Below, piece after piece: positions 57,778 through 64,000 of a stretch of 64,000 nt of DNA. The stretch is from Bacteroidia bacterium (GTDB lineage Bacteria > Bacteroidota > Bacteroidia > AKYH767-A > OLB10), in NCBI GenBank assembly GCA_020847635.1, contig JADLBQ010000026.1, positions 3,531 through 67,530 of the forward strand, in the 5' to 3' direction. The position numbers and the translations under genes were made by a program. The number at the start of each line of letters is the position of its first letter. Position 1 is the first letter of the stretch. Below the pieces are notes generated by a model. It was not told the DNA's origin and did not search any database. It saw only the letters and a list, made by a program, of their open reading frames with translations.

Positions 57778-58050
57778 CTAACTGGAGAATTTCTTTTTCA
57801 GATCTCCGGCAAATTCTTCAGCTTTCTTTCCAATGTTTCTGGCTGCATCCTCCAAATCATCCTTCAGACTACCTAACTTATTTTTAAACGAATCACTTAA
57901 AGTACCCCCAGCCAGGAGCGTATCCAACTGCTCATGAAACAAATGCGGAGTATGCCTCTTCAGGTAGTCTGTAACAGTTTGTGCAGCCTTTTCAGCCTGC
58001 TCAAGACTAATACCCGCCTTAGTACTGATTTCATTGATTAATTCTTTCAT
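57778..58050 (-). CDS. Small hypothetical protein (helical, charged)
   Basis: The 90-aa ORF has no signal peptide and no family that I recognise. Confidence 0.45.
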   Translation of the reverse strand: MKELINEISTKAGISLEQAEKAAQTVTDYLKRHTPHLFHEQLDTLLAGGTLSDSFKNKLGSLKDDLEDAARNIGKKAEEFAGDLKKKFSS

Positions 58051-58119
58051 AGAATAAAAGATTTTATTTGATTAATTATTGCAACAAAAATATAAAGTCA
58101 TTGTTTTGCATTGCTGACT

Positions 58120-58908
58120 ATGAATCTGGATTTACAGAATAAAAGGGCACTGGTTTGCCAGGGCACTCAGGATTTTGGTAGGGCTGTTGCTGGTCAGCTT
58201 GCTATTATGGGGGCTGATGTGATTCTCCTTGCCAGTGAAGAAAGGCTGCTTCAGCAGGTAATCGAAGAACTGTTTAATGACGGAAAACAAAAGCATTCCT
58301 GCCTCTGTGCCGATTTAAATAATCCGGAGGAAGTACGTTTAAAAGTTAAAAAAGACATTGCTGCAAACGGTACTATTCAGATTCTGATTAATCATACTGT
58401 CGGGTTGAAATCAGAATCAATAAACCAGGTTCAGGCTGATGAGTTCAGAACAACTTTTGAATCTCAATTGATTGTAAATCATCTCTTGGCTTTAGCTTGC
58501 CTGGAAGGAATGAAAGCGTCAAGCTACGGACGTATTGTCAATATCATTTCAGCTGCTGGTAAAGAGCCCATCAAAGAATCAGGAGTATCTAAAACAATTA
58601 AAGCTGCAATTGCCGGCTGGTCTCAAACATTAGCCAATGAGGTTGCCAGATACCGGATTACGGTTAATAATGTGCTGACCGGAGCTATCAATACGGCACG
58701 GTTTACTCAGTTTATCGAAGAAAGTGCTCAAAAAAGTGGCAGATCCTTCCATGAAATTGCCCGGGAAATTATGAAAGAAATTCCTGCCGGCAGGTTTGGA
58801 GAAACAGAAGAGGTTGCTAATGCCGTTGCCTTTTTAACTACTCCTGCTGCCGGGTATATTACCGGAATTAATCTTGCAGTTGATGGCGGACGAACCGGAT
58901 GCCGGTAA
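58120..58908 (+). CDS. Short-chain dehydrogenase/reductase-fold protein with degenerate cofactor and catalytic motifs
   Basis: I preferred the ATG at 58120 (MNLDLQNKRALV). The SDR fold shows in RIVNIISAAG, ITVNNVLTGAINT and GYITGINLAVDGG. However, TGxxxGxG is replaced by CQGTQDFG, NNAG by NHTV, and YxxxK by S-KTIK. Confidence 0.65.
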   Translation: MNLDLQNKRALVCQGTQDFGRAVAGQLAIMGADVILLASEERLLQQVIEELFNDGKQKHSCLCADLNNPEEVRLKVKKDIAANGTIQILINHTVGLKSESINQVQADEFRTTFESQLIVNHLLALACLEGMKASSYGRIVNIISAAGKEPIKESGVSKTIKAAIAGWSQTLANEVARYRITVNNVLTGAINTARFTQFIEESAQKSGRSFHEIAREIMKEIPAGRFGETEEVANAVAFLTTPAAGYITGINLAVDGGRTGCR

Positions 58909-59090
58909 GCACTAACTTTTACTAATCATTTTTGTCTTGGAACACCCAACAATCTAAGTAAACCCATGCCCTCCTAACCAAGTGAAATTTCCATTAACCA
59001 ATAAGCTTCGACCCAAAACAAATGCTGATTAATAAACAATTACAGAACGCATTTGCAACTTAAAACCCATATTTTAGAAACCAATAGATT

Positions 59091-59098
59091 TACCTTTG
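59091..59098 (+). promoter_or_regulatory. -7 promoter box TACCTTTG upstream of gcvP
   Basis: The sequence matches TAnnTTTG exactly and lies 19 nt before the ATG at 59118. Confidence 0.4.
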
Positions 59099-59117
59099 CA
59101 TCCCTTTTTAAATTCTT

Positions 59118-62006
59118 ATGACTGCTACCGAATCATTTGCATTAAGACATAACGGGCCTGATAAACAACAGATTGATGAAATGCTTCAGACCGTGGGCTG
59201 CCACTCGCTGGATGAGTTTATCAGTAAAGTAGTTCCGCCTCATATCATGCTGAATGACAATCATTTCAATTTACCCGAAGCACTTACTGAAGGCGAATAT
59301 CTCCGGATGTTACGTACCCTGGCAAATGATAACATAATTCACCGAAACTATATTGGACTTGGTTATTATAACACCATTGTTCCCGGAATCATTCAGCGTA
59401 AAATCTTTGAAAATCCGGCCTGGTATACTGCTTACACTCCCTATCAGGCTGAAATTGCACAAGGACGGCTGGAGGCACTTTTGAATTTTCAGACCATGAT
59501 TGCAGATTTGACAGGTCTGCCGCTGGTTAATGCTTCTCTGTTGGATGAATCTACAGCAGCTGCCGAAGCAATGAGTATGTTTTTCCATACCCGTACCCGT
59601 GATCAGCAAAAAGCAGGAGCAAATAAATTTTTTGTTGATTACCGTTGCTTTCCACAGACAAAAGCAGTTCTTAAAACGAGGTCAGAGCCCATTGGTATTG
59701 AATTGATTTCAGGCGATGCATTTTCCATTGTACTGGATGAATCCTTTTTCGGAGCTATCATTCAATATCCGGCAAGCGATGGGCAAATTGCTGATTATTC
59801 ACCAATAGTCAATCAATGGTCAGCAAAAAACATCCGAGCGGTTGCCGCTGCTGACCTCATGAGTCTGGTTCTGATTCAGCCACCTGGTGAATGGGGTGCT
59901 GAAGCAGTTGTGGGCAGTACTCAACGATTTGGGATTCCTATGGGTTACGGAGGTCCACATGCCGGCTATTTTGCAACACTGGACAAGTATAAACGCGATA
60001 TTCCTGGTCGTATTATTGGAGTTTCAGTTGACACCTCTGGCAAACCTGCCCTGCGAATGGCACTTCAGACCCGCGAGCAACACATCAAACGTGAAAAAGC
60101 AACTTCAAACATTTGTACCGCCCAGGTTCTTCTTGCGGTGATGGCTTCAATGTATGCGGTCTTTCATGGCCCGGAAGGTTTGAAATCCATTGCACATACG
60201 ATTCACAGAAGAACCCGTAAACTAGCCTGTTATTTAAGCTCTGAAGGGTTAAAACTCCGGCATACTCATTATTTTGATACCCTGACAATCGAAATACCAT
60301 CATCAGATCATGAATCCATACGCAAGGAAGCACTTGCCCACCGGATGAATTTCCGATACGAGCAAGATGCAATAATGATCTCACTCGATGAAGCCGATAT
60401 CGAATTTGATGTTAAAGACATCGCTTCTGTATTTGCCAAAGTATTGAATAAGCAACCTGTTGAAATTAATGATGAGAATCCGGCTGATCACTCCCTATTC
60501 CTTCCCAGGAAAAGCCCGTTTCTCACCCATCCGGTTTTCAATTCATACCAAACAGAAACTGAGATGCTGCGTTATATCCATAGTCTTGAAACCAAAGACT
60601 TATCACTTGTTCATAGTATGATTCCGCTGGGGTCATGTACCATGAAACTGAATTCAACCTCAGAAATGTTACCGCTTTCCTGGAACCATTTTGGAAGAAT
60701 GCACCCGTTTCAGCCAGAAGACCAGGTTTTGGGCTACCAAAAAGTAATCTCTGAACTTGAAGGATTGCTGGCTACAATTACCGGTTTCAGCAGGGTTTCG
60801 TTTCAGCCAAATTCCGGAGCACAAGGAGAATATACCGGGCTGATGGTTATCCGTGAGTATTTTAAAGATAAAAAGGAATCACACCGTAATGTGGCGCTGA
60901 TCCCTTCTTCGGCTCATGGTACCAATCCGGCAAGTGCAATCATGGCTGGCATGAAAATTATCATTGTTAAATGTGATGACCAGGGTAATATTGATGTCAA
61001 TGATTTAAGGCAAAAAGCTGAAGCAAACAAAGACACACTTGCTACCTTAATGATTACTTACCCTTCTACTCATGGTGTTTATGAGGAAAGTATTAAAGTG
61101 ATAACTGAAATTATTCACAACTGTGGGGGGCAGGTTTATATGGACGGAGCTAACATGAATGCCCAGGTTGGATTAACTCATCCGGCTGAACTGGGTGCTG
61201 ATGTTTGTCATTTAAATCTCCATAAAACATTTGCAATCCCTCATGGAGGTGGTGGCCCGGGTATGGGACCCATAGCAGTTGCTGCTCATCTGGCTCCCTT
61301 CCTGCCATCTCATCCAATTGTGAAAACCGGTGGTGAAAAAGGAATTTCTGCAGTCTCTGCTGCTCCATTTGGAAGTGCCAGCATTCTGTTGATTTCTTAC
61401 GGATACATACGGATGATGGGAAAGCAGGGGCTCAAACAAGCAAGCGCACTGGCTATGCTGAATGCTAACTATATTTTATCAAGACTTGAAAAACATTACC
61501 CTGTTCTTTACAGAGGAAGCAAAGGCTTGGTTGCTCATGAACTAATTCTTGACTGCCGTCATTTCAAACAAACTGCCGGAGTTGAAGCAATCGACATTGC
61601 AAAGCGATTGATGGACTATGGTTACCATGCTCCCACAGTAGCTTTCCCGGTTGCCGGAACATTAATGGTCGAACCTACTGAAAGCGAGTCAAAAGAGGAA
61701 CTTGATCGGTTCTGTGATGCAATGATTGCCATTCGCCTCGAAATTGCTGAAGTCGAAAAGGCAACCTGGCCTCAGGACAACAATCCGCTTGTCAATTCTC
61801 CGCATACAGCTGCTGAACTGGCTGCTGACAACTGGCCCTATCCTTATAGTCGCATGGTTGCTGTTTTCCCCCTTGATTATGTCCGAAACAATAAATTCTG
61901 GCCAGCTGTTAAACGAGTTGATAATGCATATGGTGACCGGAACCTGGTTTGCACCTGCCTCCCCATTGATGCGTATCAGGAAAAAGATGCTCACCCGGTG
62001 AACTGA
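59118..62006 (+). CDS. gcvP: Glycine dehydrogenase (aminomethyl-transferring), glycine cleavage system P protein
   Basis: This is a 962-aa single-chain P protein. Conserved blocks are [41 protein letters not shown] and [16 protein letters not shown] (the PLP Lys). Confidence 0.95.
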   Translation: MTATESFALRHNGPDKQQIDEMLQTVGCHSLDEFISKVVPPHIMLNDNHFNLPEALTEGEYLRMLRTLANDNIIHRNYIGLGYYNTIVPGIIQRKIFENPAWYTAYTPYQAEIAQGRLEALLNFQTMIADLTGLPLVNASLLDESTAAAEAMSMFFHTRTRDQQKAGANKFFVDYRCFPQTKAVLKTRSEPIGIELISGDAFSIVLDESFFGAIIQYPASDGQIADYSPIVNQWSAKNIRAVAAADLMSLVLIQPPGEWGAEAVVGSTQRFGIPMGYGGPHAGYFATLDKYKRDIPGRIIGVSVDTSGKPALRMALQTREQHIKREKATSNICTAQVLLAVMASMYAVFHGPEGLKSIAHTIHRRTRKLACYLSSEGLKLRHTHYFDTLTIEIPSSDHESIRKEALAHRMNFRYEQDAIMISLDEADIEFDVKDIASVFAKVLNKQPVEINDENPADHSLFLPRKSPFLTHPVFNSYQTETEMLRYIHSLETKDLSLVHSMIPLGSCTMKLNSTSEMLPLSWNHFGRMHPFQPEDQVLGYQKVISELEGLLATITGFSRVSFQPNSGAQGEYTGLMVIREYFKDKKESHRNVALIPSSAHGTNPASAIMAGMKIIIVKCDDQGNIDVNDLRQKAEANKDTLATLMITYPSTHGVYEESIKVITEIIHNCGGQVYMDGANMNAQVGLTHPAELGADVCHLNLHKTFAIPHGGGGPGMGPIAVAAHLAPFLPSHPIVKTGGEKGISAVSAAPFGSASILLISYGYIRMMGKQGLKQASALAMLNANYILSRLEKHYPVLYRGSKGLVAHELILDCRHFKQTAGVEAIDIAKRLMDYGYHAPTVAFPVAGTLMVEPTESESKEELDRFCDAMIAIRLEIAEVEKATWPQDNNPLVNSPHTAAELAADNWPYPYSRMVAVFPLDYVRNNKFWPAVKRVDNAYGDRNLVCTCLPIDAYQEKDAHPVN

Positions 62007-62217
62007 CCATCTTCAGAATAATTTCCTAAACCTGCTATGCCTGCGTGATTAGGGTATTATTTCCTCTTTGAAGATAAAACTAAAGAATAACCAGACTGCC
62101 GGAGGCTGATTCTTGCATTCCTGTTATAATGTGGAATGTTTGAGCAAAAGAGATAACTGCCGGATGTGAGTGTTCTGTAAAACCTGTTCCTTAAAAAGTC
62201 ATTTGCTAACAGGTTCT

Positions 62218-62658
62218 CTATTTAGTATCAACGGCTTTTCCCATCGGATCAAAAACAAGAATCTTCTTTTCCTTTTTCTTTTTCATGTGAAGTTCAAACA
62301 ACTTCTTATCCTGAGGAGTTTCAACCTTATAACATTCGGTTAGCTTCCAGTCTTTCCATTCGGTACCCTTAATGGCCTTTTTCACCGGTCCGCTTACTGC
62401 TGCTTCCTTTATTCTACAAACAGTTCTAACCCATTGGCCGTCATTGGTAAAAAATGCCTGGTAGGTTGACTGTCCCTTGTCAAAGAGTGCCGAATAGCCA
62501 TCAGTATTTTCATACCAGTTATTAACCGGTATCCTTTTATACTTATCTTTATAACCATTTTGTACAGATTCAGGAACAAGATCCTGTTTTATTTTTTTGG
62601 TTTGACAAAAGCCAGTGAATGGAAGAAAGATAAGAAAGGCAATAATAATTTTATTCAT
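62218..62658 (-). CDS. PepSY-like (DUF2874-type) secreted protein
   Basis: I preferred the start MNKIIIAFLIFLPFTGFCQ at 62658. The sequence shows two repeats of a small beta-lactamase-inhibitor-like pattern (VP..V...Y...Y......W). Confidence 0.6.
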   Translation of the reverse strand: MNKIIIAFLIFLPFTGFCQTKKIKQDLVPESVQNGYKDKYKRIPVNNWYENTDGYSALFDKGQSTYQAFFTNDGQWVRTVCRIKEAAVSGPVKKAIKGTEWKDWKLTECYKVETPQDKKLFELHMKKKKEKKILVFDPMGKAVDTK

Positions 62659-62799
62659 TTGTTCAAAGGTTTTGGTTAGAGGCAAATGTAACTGACTGAA
62701 TGGTATTTTCGCCAGTCCAAACTAAACTTATTCACCCGAATTTCACAGCTTTGACTTTAACAGGTATAAATCTTGAGTTCTGACAACAAAAAGGCAACT

Positions 62800-64000
62800 A
62801 TGAAAAATCTTACCACCTTATTGTTTATACTATTATTTGCTCATGCTTCCGCTCAAAGTATTTTTGACGAAACAAAAAACCGTCAACAAACTTTCAGGTA
62901 CAGCAATTCAAATCCTCCTGCTCTAAATAATATACTCAAAGAACTAACTGATGGTAATAACAGGGCGCTTCTGAGTGTTGAATATACTATAGAATACCGT
63001 CAGCGAATCACCCTGATGAGATCAGCCGGTAAGGTCAATATCATTCTAAGCAGCGATCAGTTTAATACCCTTGGTCCGGTTCTTTACAGAGGCATCGAAA
63101 TTGATGAATGGTTGATTCCGGTTTCGATGAATGTTATACTGATCCGCACTAATAACAGCGGGGGCAGGCCTATTCCATTTGAACACCATTTTAATAACAT
63201 CCGCATTCAGAACCGGTCTGCTGAGCGCAGCGAAGAATCGTTTATTGATACTTCACTGACTCCATGGACAATCCAGGTGAAAGATATCTCCTTTAATTTT
63301 TCATCTCAACAATATAAAGCTCTGAAAGACTTTACTGACAGGATAAAAAACTACTATGAAACCACTGCAAGAATAAAATCAGATAACAGGCTGGCTTCCA
63401 CTATTAATCCCGTGGATTTTGAAAATTTCGAACTCCAGGATTCCCGACTTCAGAGCCTTGAAAAGAACCTGACAGGCTATGAATCTCAGAACTATTCTCC
63501 TCTTTTAAATTTAAACAATCAGGATCCTGCCGGATATCTGAACCAGATCAATTTGCTGAAAAAGCAAGTTAAAAATCTTCGAAAGGATATGAATCAGACA
63601 TTTATCATGCTTCCGCAACTATTTTATGATAAAGCAATCTGGTTTTCAAATACTGGAAACAAGAACATGTCACGGCTCTATTTTGGAAGGGCCTTGACAT
63701 TTAACCCGATGTTTGCTCCGGCAGCTTTTCAACTTGCATTACTGGACTTTCGTACAGGAAATGATTGTGATGCAGAAATGCATGTACGCCAGGTTCTGAC
63801 CCTAATGACACCCGATCCGGTAACTTATGATTATGCTATCAACCTGGCACGAGATATTTACCATGGCTATGTTGATAAAGCTGGCCGAAACATTAAAGCC
63901 AACAAGCTGGCAGAGGCTAATGAAAACCTCCGGCTTGCAGAAGCTCTTTGTAACGATATTCATGAAGTCAAATGTACGGATGAACTGGATGAAAGATATA
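62800..64000 (+). CDS. Hypothetical secreted protein with a TPR-like C-terminal region (3' end outside the window)
   Basis: I translated from the ATG at 62800 by hand (MKNLTTLLFILLFAHASAQSIFDE...) and found it open to the window end, about 400 codons. The later part has TPR-like helices (YFGRALTFNPMFAPAAFQLALL). The ORF track omits it because it is truncated. Confidence 0.5.
   Translation, partial: MKNLTTLLFILLFAHASAQSIFDETKNRQQTFRYSNSNPPALNNILKELTDGNNRALLSVEYTIEYRQRITLMRSAGKVNIILSSDQFNTLGPVLYRGIEIDEWLIPVSMNVILIRTNNSGGRPIPFEHHFNNIRIQNRSAERSEESFIDTSLTPWTIQVKDISFNFSSQQYKALKDFTDRIKNYYETTARIKSDNRLASTINPVDFENFELQDSRLQSLEKNLTGYESQNYSPLLNLNNQDPAGYLNQINLLKKQVKNLRKDMNQTFIMLPQLFYDKAIWFSNTGNKNMSRLYFGRALTFNPMFAPAAFQLALLDFRTGNDCDAEMHVRQVLTLMTPDPVTYDYAINLARDIYHGYVDKAGRNIKANKLAEANENLRLAEALCNDIHEVKCTDELDERY

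Noticed and set aside
58909-59117. A possible glycine riboswitch upstream of gcvP
   Set aside because: I read the 209-bp leader on the coding strand and found none of the conserved glycine-aptamer blocks (GGAGAG...CACCGAAGGGGCAA-type). Only a -7 promoter box is present.
1-64000. CRISPR arrays, transposases, integrases, prophage genes, toxin-antitoxin or defence islands
   Set aside because: I recognised none. The YwqK/MORN protein and the PIN-PhoH2 protein have no cognate partner genes nearby and look like stand-alone housekeeping or envelope proteins. Repeat detection was visual only, so short dispersed repeats could have been missed.

Overview
The window is a dense (about 90% coding), roughly 40% GC stretch of core chromosome, most likely from a member of the Bacteroidota. 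Three things point to that phylum: recurring TAnnTTTG '-7' promoter boxes immediately upstream of genes, the ileS / dksA-like / lspA gene order, and an XRE-HTH + S24-peptidase (non-canonical LexA-type) repressor.

Content is mainly housekeeping:
- Four aminoacyl-tRNA synthetase genes (leuS, ileS, glyQS) plus prfB.
- The mreC-mreD-mrdA-rodA cell-shape operon.
- kbl, gcvP, purB, plsY, lspA and dprA.
- A MacAB-like ABC efflux module and an ExbB/ExbD cluster.
- One tRNA-Arg(CCT).
- Partial genes at both edges that the ORF track omits: an ActA-like multihaem cytochrome at 1..953 (-) and a hypothetical protein at 62800..64000 (+).

I found no CRISPR array, transposase, integrase, phage gene or recognisable defence system, and no obvious wholly new system. 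My repeat search was by eye only and is not exhaustive.

Observations most worth follow-up:
1. A three-gene ArnT/ArnC/ArnB-like operon built around a WecE-type transaminase.
2. An XRE-S24 LexA-like repressor with a perfect 17-bp palindrome just upstream of its start.
3. A DksA-like protein that lacks the zinc-finger cysteines and carries a histone-H1-like lysine-rich N-terminal extension.
4. A cobalamin riboswitch driving a BtuB-like receptor and a beta-propeller lipoprotein.
5. The prfB +1 programmed frameshift, with an AGGAGG stimulator.
6. A 1482-aa secreted protein with no recognisable family, apparently co-transcribed with plsY.
7. A 562-bp ORF-free spacer where a tonB gene would be expected.

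All functional calls rest on motif and family recognition by eye. No database search was run.
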